A model generated the notes under the pieces. That model was given only the letters and a program-made list of their open reading frames with translations, did no database searches and had not been told where the DNA came from. A stretch of DNA of 64,000 nt from an uncultured Actinomycetes bacterium (GTDB taxonomy: Bacteria; Actinomycetota; UBA4738; HRBIN12). Position 1 is the stretch's first letter. The number at the start of each line of letters is the position of its first letter. Where the stretch lies: contig CAVQPR010000001.1 in assembly GCA_963714865.1 (NCBI GenBank), forward strand, positions 12,775 through 76,774, read 5' to 3'. Positions 30,977-40,079 of the stretch are shown here, in pieces. The position numbers and the translations under genes were made by a program.

Positions 30977-32504
30977 GCCGGCGACCCCCTTCGCCGTGCG
31001 ACTCGATCCGATGGACCAGGATGTTGCTGGTGTTGCCGCCGATAGCCAGGTTGGCCCTGCCCGTGAGCACGATCAGGTCGCCGGCGCCGGCGAGACGCCG
31101 TTCGGTCACGATGTCGACGATCGATCCCCACGTCGCCTCGATCGATGCGGCGCTGTCGATGCGGACCGGCACCACTCCCCACTCGAGCGCGAGCTGGTGC
31201 AGCGTCAAGTCCGACGTGGTTGCGGCCACGACGGGAACCAGCGGACGGCACCGAGACACCTCGCGCACGGTCCGACCGGTATGGGTCGGGACCGCGATGA
31301 CGGAGGCGCCCACCGACGTCGCGATCGCGCCGGTCGCGTGCATCAGGACGTCGAGCACGTCCGCGTCGTGCCCGGGCTGGCGCAGGGGAAGGGAGGGCTC
31401 GACGCGGCGGGCCAGACGATCCATGAACTCGACGGCCCGCACCGGGTACTTGCCCGACGCGGTCTCGGCGGACAGCATGACCGCCGACGTGCCGTCGAGG
31501 ATCGCGTTGGCGACGTCGGTCGACTCGGCCCGCGTGGGCTCGGGAGCTTCGACCATCGACTCGAGCATCTGGGTGGCCGTGATCACGGTGCGGCCGAGCT
31601 GCCCCGCCAACGAGATGATCCGCTTCTGGACCAATGGGACCTCGTGCACGCCGATCTCGACGCCGAGGTCGCCGCGTGCGACCATCACGGCATCGGACAC
31701 ACCGACGATCGCATCGAGGTCCGCCACGGCCTCGGCCTTCTCGATCTTCGACACGATCCTGGCCCCGGACCCGGCCGCAGCGATCAGGGAGCGGAGTTCC
31801 TCGACGTCGCCCGGTCGCTGGACGAAGGAGAGGGCCACGTGGTCGACCCCCTGCTCGAGTGCGAAGGCGAGGTCCGCTCGGTCCTTGTCGGTGAGGGCGC
31901 CGATCGGCACGACGCTCTGGGGAACGTTGACGCCCTTGCCGGGCTTGATCGTGCCGCCCACCTCGACCACGCACCGGATCCGATCGCCGTCGAGGTCGAT
32001 GACCCGCGTGCGGATCCTGCCGTCCTCGATCAGGAGCGGATGGTCCGGCTCCACGATCTCGGCCAGCGAGGGGAGGGTGACCCGGACGTCCGCGGGCACG
32101 CCCTTCACGCCCGTGACCGAAAGGATCTGACCATCGTCGATCTTCGTCGGCTCCGTGTCGGCGGCCACGCGGATCTTCGGTCCGCAGAGATCGGCGAGCA
32201 GCGAGATCGGCCGGCCCAGCCGCTCTTCGGTCGAGCGCACGGCGGCGATCCGGGCCGCGTGCTCGTCGTGGGTGCCGAACGAGAAGTTCAGTCGCGCGCA
32301 GTCCATACCTGCGGCGGCGAGCCCCAGGACCTCGCCGGGGTCCGAGGATGCGGGGCCGAGCGTGCACACGATCTTGGTTCGCCGGGCTCCGCCGTCCGTG
32401 TCGACCTCGGCAGGCTCGGGGAGGAAGGCAGGCCAGCTGTTCGTCATCGAAGACACGTTCACGATCGACTCCTCTCGGGTTCCGTCGGTGTTCATGCCAC
32501 GCAC
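30969..32504 (-). CDS. pyk: pyruvate kinase
   Basis: RRTKIVCTLGPAS...MDCARLNFSFGTH, KIEK, MVARGDLGVEI and SAETA motifs. A GTG at ~32462 has the best SD (GAGGAG, 6-nt spacer). Confidence 0.9.
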   Translation of the reverse strand: MRGMNTDGTREESIVNVSSMTNSWPAFLPEPAEVDTDGGARRTKIVCTLGPASSDPGEVLGLAAAGMDCARLNFSFGTHDEHAARIAAVRSTEERLGRPISLLADLCGPKIRVAADTEPTKIDDGQILSVTGVKGVPADVRVTLPSLAEIVEPDHPLLIEDGRIRTRVIDLDGDRIRCVVEVGGTIKPGKGVNVPQSVVPIGALTDKDRADLAFALEQGVDHVALSFVQRPGDVEELRSLIAAAGSGARIVSKIEKAEAVADLDAIVGVSDAVMVARGDLGVEIGVHEVPLVQKRIISLAGQLGRTVITATQMLESMVEAPEPTRAESTDVANAILDGTSAVMLSAETASGKYPVRAVEFMDRLARRVEPSLPLRQPGHDADVLDVLMHATGAIATSVGASVIAVPTHTGRTVREVSRCRPLVPVVAATTSDLTLHQLALEWGVVPVRIDSAASIEATWGSIVDIVTERRLAGAGDLIVLTGRANLAIGGNTSNILVHRIESHGEGGRRHG

Positions 32505-32618
32505 CGTAGGGCGAGGCGTCGAGCCGCGACGTCGGGTGTTTCCCTAGTCGTCGACTCCTAGGGATATCGCCACGGATCCGCAACGAACCCGCTACCGGCA
32601 TAGGAGTACGATGCGTCC

Positions 32619-35327
32619 GTGCTGGTGGGGCGCTCGCAGGAATGCGAGATCATCGACCGCCTGCTCGGCGATGTGACACAGGGGCGCAGCGGCGCCCTGG
32701 TGCTTCGAGGGGGAACAGGAGTCGGCAAGAGTGCCTTGCTCCACTACGCCGCCAGCCGGGGCGTCGACTTCCTCCACCTGACCGCCACCGCCGTCGAGTC
32801 CGAGACGGCGTTCGGCTACGCCGGTCTGCAGCAATTGCTCGCCCCCGTGCTCGATCTCCTCGATCGGATCCCCCCGGTGCAGGCCGAGGCCCTGCGGGGA
32901 GCGCTGGTGCTCAGCGATCCGGTGTCCGCGGGGCGGATGTATGTCGGGGCGGCCTCGTTGAGCCTGATGTCGGCCGCGGGAGGGGAGCAGCCCGTCCTGT
33001 GCCTGGTCGACGACGCGCAGTGGATGGATTCCGCCTCGGCCGAGGCGCTCGTCTTCGCCGCTCGGCGTTTGAGCGCCGAGAGCATAGCGATGGTGTTCGC
33101 CGCGAACGAGGAGGTCGGACCCTTCGCTGCCGAGGGCTTGTCCGACGTCAGGATCGAAGGGCTGGGGGATGACGATGCCGCCACCCTCCTGCGGTCCGGC
33201 GCCCCGGCCATCACGGACGACGTGGTGAGGGACGTCGTGACCGCCACCGGTGGGAACCCGTTGGCTCTCGTGCAGATGCCGTCGCTGCTTACCGCCGACC
33301 AGATCGCGGGGCGCGATCCACTGCCGTATCCCCTGCCCGTCGGGACCCGGCTGTCGGAGCTGTACGCGGCGAGGGCCGCAGGGCTCAGCAGCGGCGCGCG
33401 GACCGCCCTTGTGATGGCGGCCGCGAGCGAGACCGGCGGGATGCGGGTGCTGGCGCCGGAGGAGCTGGATGCGGATGCGTTGCTGGAGGCCGAGTCGGCG
33501 GGCCTGATATCCATCGATGCGGGACGCGTGCGGTTCGCCCACCCGCTCGTCCGGTCGGCCGTGTATCGGGCCACGCCGGCCGCCGATCGTCGTCAGGCTC
33601 ACCGCCGACTCGCGGACCTCTACGCCTCACAGCCGGGCTCGCTCGAGCGCCGCGCGTGGCATCTGGCCGCTGCCGCGACCGGTCCCGATGACGACGTCGC
33701 CAACGAGATCGCGGACGCCGGCTCGGCGGCGGCGGAGCGCCGCGCTCACGTGCAGGCGGCGGCCCTGTTCGAGCGAGCGGCGGCGCTGACGAGCGACCCC
33801 GGCGCGAGGGCTCGGTGGCTCGTCGAGGCCGCGTGGTCGAGTCGGCTCGCCGGACGATCCGACCGGGCGTCCGAGCTCGTCCGCCTGGCGATGGGGGACG
33901 CCGCGTCGCCGGCGACACGCGCGCGGGGACGGTGCCTGCTGGGACTCGTGGCGCTGGATGCCGGCACTGAGGCCTCCGCGGACGAGATGATCGCCGACGC
34001 GACAGCCGTCGAGGAGGAGGACCCAGGGCTCGCGGCTCGGCTGTTGACGATCGGCTCGGAGGTCGCTCGCGAGCCGGATCGAGCCCTCGAGCTCGCCTCG
34101 CGGGCTCGGGCGCTCGCGCAGGCGGGCACGGCGTCACAGGTCTTCTCGACCGTCGCGTTCGGCCGCGCGTCTGCCCGGGGCGGCCACGTCGACGACGCGA
34201 CGATCGCTACGGCGGAGGCGGCGCAGCTGCTGCGCACGTATCCCGAACTGGGCGAGGATCCAGAGGTCCTGCTCGCCGTGGTGGACGGACTGGCCGATGT
34301 CGGAGCCGACCTCGCCTCGACCGAGGAGATGATGACGCTGGCCACCAGTGCGGCGCGGGATCATACGGTGATCGTCCTGCCACGGGGGCTCAGCCACCGC
34401 TCGCGGCTCGAGCATCGGCGCGGGGATTGGCGGGACGCCCTCGTCCACGGCTACGAGGCGGCCCGACTCTTCCACGAGACGGGGCAGGCCGCCCGTGCCC
34501 GCACCGCCGATGCCTGGCTGGGATTCATCGAGGCGCTGCTCGGGCACGAGAGCGCTGCCGGCGAACTGGCGTCGTCTCTGAGATCCGGCGGCGTGGCGGC
34601 GGGCGCTCCCGCGGCCGACAGGATCGAGGGCTCGCTCGCCTTGGCGCTCGGGCGGCCCGAGCGAGCGGCGCCGCTGCTGCGTGCGTGGCTGAACGGCCCG
34701 GCGGAGGGCGCCCTCCTTCCGGTCGATCCGCAAGGGGCGGCGGACGCCGTCGAGTCATCGATCCACGCGGGCGACCTGGATGAGGCCTCCGCCATCGCGT
34801 CGACGACCCGCGACGACCATCCCGACTCGGAGCTGTGCGCCGCCTGGATCGACGCGCTCGTGGCCGAGGGCGACGCCGCTCACGCATCGTTCGAGCGGGC
34901 GCTCGCCATCGCCGACGCGACGGATCGGGTGCCGCCGTTCCTTCGTGCCCGAGTGCGCCTGAGCGCGGGCGAGCGGATCCGGCGGGATGGGGAGGCCCGG
35001 GCGGCGCGCCCGCGGCTCCATGAGGCGCTCGACGCCTTCACGTCGATGGGAGCCACTCCCTGGGCGGAGCGAGCGGCGCGCGAGCTCCGCGCCTCCGGCG
35101 AGCGCGTCGAGCGGGTGGGTGGATCGTCGCTGGACGAGCTGACGCCCCAGGAGCTCCAGATCGCTCGCGTGATCGCCGAGGGGGCCACCTACAAGGAGGC
35201 GGCGGCTCGGATGTACCTGAGCCCGAAGACGATCGAGTACCACCTCGGCAAGGTGTACCGAAAGCTCGGGCTTCGAACCGGCAAGGAGCTGGCCGGGCTG
35301 TTCGCTCGGGAGGACTACTCGCCGTGA
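32619..35327 (+). CDS. LAL-type regulator (AAA/STAND ATPase, TPR-like helical repeats, C-terminal LuxR HTH)
   Basis: Walker A GGTGVGKSAL and Walker B LCLVDDAQWMD, a long Ala/Leu-rich helical region, and the C-terminal LTPQELQIARVIAEGATYKEAAARMYLSPKTIEYHLGKVYRKLG. Confidence 0.85.
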   Translation: MLVGRSQECEIIDRLLGDVTQGRSGALVLRGGTGVGKSALLHYAASRGVDFLHLTATAVESETAFGYAGLQQLLAPVLDLLDRIPPVQAEALRGALVLSDPVSAGRMYVGAASLSLMSAAGGEQPVLCLVDDAQWMDSASAEALVFAARRLSAESIAMVFAANEEVGPFAAEGLSDVRIEGLGDDDAATLLRSGAPAITDDVVRDVVTATGGNPLALVQMPSLLTADQIAGRDPLPYPLPVGTRLSELYAARAAGLSSGARTALVMAAASETGGMRVLAPEELDADALLEAESAGLISIDAGRVRFAHPLVRSAVYRATPAADRRQAHRRLADLYASQPGSLERRAWHLAAAATGPDDDVANEIADAGSAAAERRAHVQAAALFERAAALTSDPGARARWLVEAAWSSRLAGRSDRASELVRLAMGDAASPATRARGRCLLGLVALDAGTEASADEMIADATAVEEEDPGLAARLLTIGSEVAREPDRALELASRARALAQAGTASQVFSTVAFGRASARGGHVDDATIATAEAAQLLRTYPELGEDPEVLLAVVDGLADVGADLASTEEMMTLATSAARDHTVIVLPRGLSHRSRLEHRRGDWRDALVHGYEAARLFHETGQAARARTADAWLGFIEALLGHESAAGELASSLRSGGVAAGAPAADRIEGSLALALGRPERAAPLLRAWLNGPAEGALLPVDPQGAADAVESSIHAGDLDEASAIASTTRDDHPDSELCAAWIDALVAEGDAAHASFERALAIADATDRVPPFLRARVRLSAGERIRRDGEARAARPRLHEALDAFTSMGATPWAERAARELRASGERVERVGGSSLDELTPQELQIARVIAEGATYKEAAARMYLSPKTIEYHLGKVYRKLGLRTGKELAGLFAREDYSP

Positions 35328-36940
35328 GGCTCTCCCCCCAGGTCCTCCGTTGGGCAGTTGCCGCGATCTCGCTCGTGGTCGTTGCCTACCTGCTTGGCCG
35401 TACGCCGCCACCTCCCATCGAGCTGACGTTCTTCTACTCGCCCGACGCCGCCGACGTTCTCACGGGTCCGATCGAAAGATTCAACGAGGAGCATGACGGA
35501 ATCCGCGTGGTGGCCGACGACAAGTCCTCGGGAACCGTCGAGCGGGGGATCGTGGAGGGGGAGTTGGAGCCAGAGCTATGGATGCCGGCAGCGTCGACCT
35601 GGGGCCTGTTGCTCAACCGCCACCTCGGGTTCGACGTGGTCCCTTCCGAGAATCCCTCGTACTTCTGGTCTCCCGAGGTCTTCGGGATCTGGGGATCGGT
35701 GCGGGAGCATCTCGGGCCGAGCGTGTCGTGGAGCGACCTGGAGCGCCTGAGCAAGAACGACGACATCCTCGGTGAGGCAGGTCCGTTCCGGTTCGGGCAC
35801 ACGAAGCCCACGAGTTCGACGTCGGGGCTGTTCGCGATGGCGTCGATCTATGAGGCGGCCGGATCAACCGATGCCCCCGGCGCTGCTCGACAGGCGGTGA
35901 TCGATGGTGTGTCGACCTTCGAGGGGTCGGTCCGACACTACGGCGACATCGCGGAGGACTGGTGTCCCCCGCTCAGGACCGAGCGTACGGCCCTCGTATC
36001 CGCGGTCTACATGCAGGAGACGACGCTCCTCACCGAATGCCAAGACGTCGAGGGATTCCAGCGCGCCTATCCCCAGGAGGGGGTGTATGCGGCGGACTAC
36101 CCGTTCATCGTCTTCGATGCCGACTGGGTGACGCCGCAGGAGCGCGAAGCGGCGCTGGAGTTCCGAGCGTGGATGGAGACGAACATCACGAGCGAGTCGA
36201 TCGCGGCGCAGTGCCTACGCGTAGGAACGCCGGCGGACGGCGCCGGGGAGCCGTGCGGCGGCGACCCGGATGCCGGGATCGTCGCGGAGGAGCCACCGGG
36301 CGCCGACCTGCTGGATGCCGTCCAGACCGGGTGGTCCACGACCACGAGGAAGCCGGCCAACGTGATGATCGTTCTCGAGAACTCGACCGAGATGTCGGGG
36401 CCGGGACACTACAGCGCCGCCCTCGAGATGCTGACGGAGCTGGTCACCATCCTCGAGGCGGAGCACATGATCGAGATGGGGCTGGTCACGTTCGCCGACG
36501 AGGTCGTCGATGTCGTGGAGCCCGGCCCCCTGCCCCAGGTCGAGGACGAACTGCTGGCAGCGCTGGACCCCCAGACGAACGACCCGGTGCAGAGCGCAGA
36601 TGCCAAGCTCTACGATGCCCTGGCCCAGGTCTCCGACGAGCCGTGGATGTTGGCCGAGGGCACGATCGATCTGATGGTTGTCGTATCGACGGGCGTGGAC
36701 GATGGGAGCTCAGAGGATCTCGGATCGATCCTCGACCGGCTCGAGGAGCTGCGGCTCCCCGTCTCTCCCCTCCAGGTGTTCGCCGTTCGCGTGGGCGACA
36801 GCCAGGATGGGCTCGAAAAGCTGGATGCCGTCGCGGACGCCTCGATCGGTCAGCTGAAGACGCTCACCACCTCCGACGTCGAGTCGGATGAGGCTCTCGA
36901 CCCATCGAAGATGGCTGAGCAGATCGCGGGGCTCGTGTGA
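35324..36940 (+). CDS. membrane-anchored solute-binding-fold plus von Willebrand A domain protein
   Basis: The GTG overlaps the LAL stop (GTGA). A signal anchor (AVAAISLVVVAYLLG) is followed by a periplasmic-binding-protein-like N-terminal half (LTFFYSP...LWMPAAS), then a vWA-like half (VMIVLENSTEMSG...LVTFAD...MVVVSTGVDDGS). Confidence 0.7.
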   Translation: MRLSPQVLRWAVAAISLVVVAYLLGRTPPPPIELTFFYSPDAADVLTGPIERFNEEHDGIRVVADDKSSGTVERGIVEGELEPELWMPAASTWGLLLNRHLGFDVVPSENPSYFWSPEVFGIWGSVREHLGPSVSWSDLERLSKNDDILGEAGPFRFGHTKPTSSTSGLFAMASIYEAAGSTDAPGAARQAVIDGVSTFEGSVRHYGDIAEDWCPPLRTERTALVSAVYMQETTLLTECQDVEGFQRAYPQEGVYAADYPFIVFDADWVTPQEREAALEFRAWMETNITSESIAAQCLRVGTPADGAGEPCGGDPDAGIVAEEPPGADLLDAVQTGWSTTTRKPANVMIVLENSTEMSGPGHYSAALEMLTELVTILEAEHMIEMGLVTFADEVVDVVEPGPLPQVEDELLAALDPQTNDPVQSADAKLYDALAQVSDEPWMLAEGTIDLMVVVSTGVDDGSSEDLGSILDRLEELRLPVSPLQVFAVRVGDSQDGLEKLDAVADASIGQLKTLTTSDVESDEALDPSKMAEQIAGLV

Positions 36941-38124
36941 GTCGTCTCGTGCCCGGTCAGCGCCTCCGCCAGTACGAGGTCGAAGAGGAGATCGCCGAGG
37001 GAGGGATGGCCGTCGTGTACAAGGCGAGCGACGCCAGGCTTCTCAGGACCGTCGCCTTGAAACAGCTGAAGCCGCCAGTCGAACCCGATCCGACCTTGAA
37101 CGAGCGCTTCCTCACCGAAGCGCGGCTCGCCGCGGGGATCAATCACCCAAACGTCGTGACGATCCACGAGTTCTTCGTCGAGCAGGACGCTCCGTACATC
37201 GCGATGGAGCACTTCAAGCTGGGTACGGTGAAGAACCTGGCTGGGGATCTGTCAGCAGGACAAGTGCTGGGGGTGCTGCTCAACGTTCTCGAGGGGCTCG
37301 AGGCAGCTCAGAATATGAGCGTCGTTCATCGCGACCTCAAGCCTGAGAACCTGTTGAGAACCGATCAAGGCACTGTGAAGGTCGGCGACTTCGGCATCGC
37401 GCGTACGTTCGGGGAGGAGCGACGCACCCGCGATGGGATGGTCCAGGGAACGGCCCTGTATGTCGCCCCCGAGGTGGCCGCCGGGCGCGAGGCGAACTAC
37501 GTCTCCGATCTGTATGCCGTCGGGGTGATCGGGTACGAGCTCCTGACCGGCGATGCCCCGTTCCACGACACGAAAGGCGGCGACTACGCGATCATCATCA
37601 GGAAGTACCGGGAGGACCCAGTCCCCTTGACGCTTCTCATGCCGGATCTCTATTTCGGGTTCGCTTCCTGGGTTGATCGGCTGCTCTCCCGCGACCCGGG
37701 CCGGCGGTCGGGATCCGCGGCACAGGCCAAGGAGGAGCTCACAGAGGTAGCCGCTCGGGGGAACATCGTGCCACTCCCACTGCCCGTTCCCGGGGAACCG
37801 ACGCATGAGCTTGATGAAGAGACACCGCCGCCTCCGCAGAGCCGATTCGTGAAATGGTCAGTCCTGATGGGGATCGCGTCGCCAAGGCGCCTCGCGATCC
37901 ACTCTGTGACTCGGCCTCTCTTCCTCCTGGCCGTGGGGTGCGTGATCGTCGGCGCGGTGCTCGACCGCTCGTCACTGATCGCCGTCGGAGGGGTGGCTTC
38001 GCTACTCCTGTTCGCTCTGACGTTCTTCGACGAGAAGGAGGCTCGCGCCGCGCGTGAGGTGGGAGCGAGGAGGTCCGGTCCTCGTGGGAGACACGAGACC
38101 GAACGAAAGCTCCAGGAGTGGTGA
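36937..38124 (+). CDS. Ser/Thr protein kinase with a C-terminal double-TM anchor and no extracellular sensor
   Basis: The GTG overlaps the upstream stop. Motifs: GGMAVVYKA, VALK, HRDLKPENLL, DFGIAR, APE. C-terminal hydrophobic helices (LFLLAVGCVIVGAVL, IAVGGVASLLLFALTFF). Confidence 0.9.
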   Translation: MSRLVPGQRLRQYEVEEEIAEGGMAVVYKASDARLLRTVALKQLKPPVEPDPTLNERFLTEARLAAGINHPNVVTIHEFFVEQDAPYIAMEHFKLGTVKNLAGDLSAGQVLGVLLNVLEGLEAAQNMSVVHRDLKPENLLRTDQGTVKVGDFGIARTFGEERRTRDGMVQGTALYVAPEVAAGREANYVSDLYAVGVIGYELLTGDAPFHDTKGGDYAIIIRKYREDPVPLTLLMPDLYFGFASWVDRLLSRDPGRRSGSAAQAKEELTEVAARGNIVPLPLPVPGEPTHELDEETPPPPQSRFVKWSVLMGIASPRRLAIHSVTRPLFLLAVGCVIVGAVLDRSSLIAVGGVASLLLFALTFFDEKEARAAREVGARRSGPRGRHETERKLQEW

Positions 38125-38227
38125 ATAGGCGGCGGCGGTCGCCTGCGCGCGGATGGCCTAGGATGGTGGGCCTACGACGGACGTGGGTTGGCGCGCCGGA
38201 CCGGCGTGCTCGTTCCACGGAAGGGAC

Positions 38228-39538
38228 GTGAGGAAGATCGCAACGAAGAGAACGGTCACCGCGGTGTCCCTGACCGCCCTGTTCCTGACCCTCCTCGTGT
38301 CCGCGGGGGCTCCTGCAAAGGCCGCCACCGTGGTCGTTGCGAACTGGCAGATGAACGAGTCACCGGGCGCGTCGGTCATGACCGACAGCAGCGGCCACGG
38401 GATCACGGGGATCATCGGGAGCGCCGTGCAGACCGGCGCCACGTACGCTGGGGCCACCGGATATCGCTGGGAGTTCGCGAGCCCGTCCCTGCCCCCGGCG
38501 AAGCCCGAGCGAGTGATCGAGGTGCCCAACGATGCCCGGCTCAACCCGGGAAGCGACGACTATTCGGTCACGATCCGGTACCGCACGACGAAGACCTTCG
38601 GCAACATCGCCCAGAAGGGGCAGGGCGGCGCGAAGGGCGGGTACTGGAAGATCGAGAACCCCGCGGGGGTCTTCACCTGCGTGTTCCGAGGAGTCGACGG
38701 CACGGGCGCGTTCCGTCGCAAGGAAGTGAACTCGGGCACGCCGATCAACGACGGTGAGTGGCACGTTGCCAGCTGCGAGCGGATCGGCAACCAGCTGAGG
38801 CTCACGATCGACGGCGTGGTGGTCGACACGGCCAACGGCACGACGGGGAACATCTCCAACAACGCCCCGCTCTCGATCGCGGGCAAGCTCAACTGCGACA
38901 ACGTGTCGATCACGTGCGACTACTTCACGGGCGACATCGACTACCTCCGGATCGACGGCGCCGGCGGCCCTCCATCACCGCCCCCACCCCCGCCGCCCGT
39001 GGTCGTGTTCAAGGACGCCTTCTCGAACGGGAGCCTCGCCCAGTGGTCGAAGGTGAAGAACCTCAAGATCGATAGCGGCCGTGGCGATGCCGCTCCTCCG
39101 AGCGCCCGCGCCCGGGTCGTGAAGAAGAAGGCCTGGGCCGCGCGAGACTTCGGCTCGTCCTATGGCTCTGCGTGCGTCGCATTCGGTGTTCGGGTCGCCA
39201 AGGCCAAGGGGGCGGTCGACCTGATGAGCGTTCGTAGCGCCGGGAACGGCGGAGTGGCCACGATCTTCAGGGGCGGCAACGGGACGCTGCGCCTGCGCTC
39301 CGACGTGTCCGGGGCCGCGAAGAACTCCGGGGATGCGCTCCCCAAGGGCTGGAATACCGTCGAGGTGTGCGGGACGGTTGGTGCCTCTGGCGCCTGGGAC
39401 GTGTTCCTGAACGGCTCGAAGATCCTGAGCAACTGGAGGCCGAACACGGGAACCTCTCCCATCACGCGCGTGCAGATCGGCGGCAACACGCGGGAGACGG
39501 CGACCATCAACTTCGACGACGTCGAGGTGACGGTCTGA
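38228..39538 (+). CDS. secreted two-module LamG/concanavalin-like protein
   Basis: Signal peptide (LTALFLTLLVSAGAPAKA). The Laminin_G_3-like pattern is DDYSVTIRYRT...GEWHVASCERIGNQLRLTIDGVVV...GDIDYLRI. A poly-Pro linker precedes the second jelly-roll module. The ORF opens at 38183; GTG 38228 is the preferred start. Confidence 0.65.
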   Translation: MRKIATKRTVTAVSLTALFLTLLVSAGAPAKAATVVVANWQMNESPGASVMTDSSGHGITGIIGSAVQTGATYAGATGYRWEFASPSLPPAKPERVIEVPNDARLNPGSDDYSVTIRYRTTKTFGNIAQKGQGGAKGGYWKIENPAGVFTCVFRGVDGTGAFRRKEVNSGTPINDGEWHVASCERIGNQLRLTIDGVVVDTANGTTGNISNNAPLSIAGKLNCDNVSITCDYFTGDIDYLRIDGAGGPPSPPPPPPPVVVFKDAFSNGSLAQWSKVKNLKIDSGRGDAAPPSARARVVKKKAWAARDFGSSYGSACVAFGVRVAKAKGAVDLMSVRSAGNGGVATIFRGGNGTLRLRSDVSGAAKNSGDALPKGWNTVEVCGTVGASGAWDVFLNGSKILSNWRPNTGTSPITRVQIGGNTRETATINFDDVEVTV

Positions 39539-39565
39539 CGGGCCGCTCTTCCGTTCCTCGAGCCT

Positions 39566-39593
39566 TTGGATGACCCGCAACGTCCCCTACACT
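39566..39593 (+). promoter_or_regulatory. candidate promoter for tRNA-Ala (TTGGAT - 16 nt - TACACT)
   Basis: The hexamers lie about 20 nt upstream of the mature tRNA 5' end. Confidence 0.3.
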
Positions 39594-39612
39594 CTGACTC
39601 GCAAAGACACGA

Positions 39613-39685
39613 GGGCCCATAGCTCAGCTGGTAGAGCGCTTGGCTGGCAGCCAAGAGGTCAGGGGTTCGACTCCCCTTGGGTCCA
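39613..39685 (+). tRNA. tRNA-Ala (anticodon GGC)
   Basis: 73-nt cloverleaf folded by hand: acceptor GGGCCCA/TGGGTCC with the G3:U70 alanine identity pair, D-arm GCTC-AGCTGGTA-GAGC, anticodon arm CTTGG-CTGGCAG-CCAAG, and T-arm AGGGG-TTCGACT-CCCCT. CCA is not encoded. Confidence 0.9.
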
Positions 39686-39695
39686 CTTGACGCAG

Positions 39696-39714
39696 GCCCG
39701 AGCCCTGCTCGGGC
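39696..39714 (+). terminator. hairpin just downstream of the tRNA (GCCCGAG-CCCTG-CTCGGGC)
   Basis: Perfect 7-bp GC-rich stem 11 nt after the tRNA 3' end, with a weak T content downstream. Confidence 0.4.
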
Positions 39715-39994
39715 TGTCCAGATCGGTCGCAGACCGCTCCCTCAGGTCGCCTCAGGCAGGACGCAGAGCGACAGACTAGTGACCAGGCTGGGTAGCTCGG
39801 TTTCCTGTTCCATCTCAGCGAGTACAACCCAGAGACCCGGGTCCGGGTCTTCGCCGTCGGCGTGCATCTCATGGAAGCTCCGGTACACCGCGGAAGGGTC
39901 TGAAGCGGTGCGGACCCTCACGATCTGTTGGTTCAGCGATGGACAAGAGGTGAGGACCGCACCTCCTAGCCATCAAGCGGGCTCGGCGTTGCCA

Positions 39995-40024
39995 GCGAGA
40001 CACTAGGGAATCCCCTGATGCGAG
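39995..40024 (+). promoter_or_regulatory. conserved leader motif, copy 1 (GCGAGACACTAGGGAATCCCC-nGATGCG)
   Basis: 21/21 identity (28/30 when extended) with 42597..42626. Both copies lie ~85 nt upstream of an AAGGGAGTCAGGGATG start context. Confidence 0.35.
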
Positions 40025-40079
40025 GAGCGACACGTCGCCCATACCCTTCGGGCGTCCCACGCTTCTAAGGGAGTCAGGG

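Noticed and set aside
30825-32601. 578-aa (+) and 584-aa (-) ORFs overlapping pyk
   Set aside because: Only the 30969..32504 minus frame carries pyruvate kinase motifs. The others are alternate-frame artefacts.
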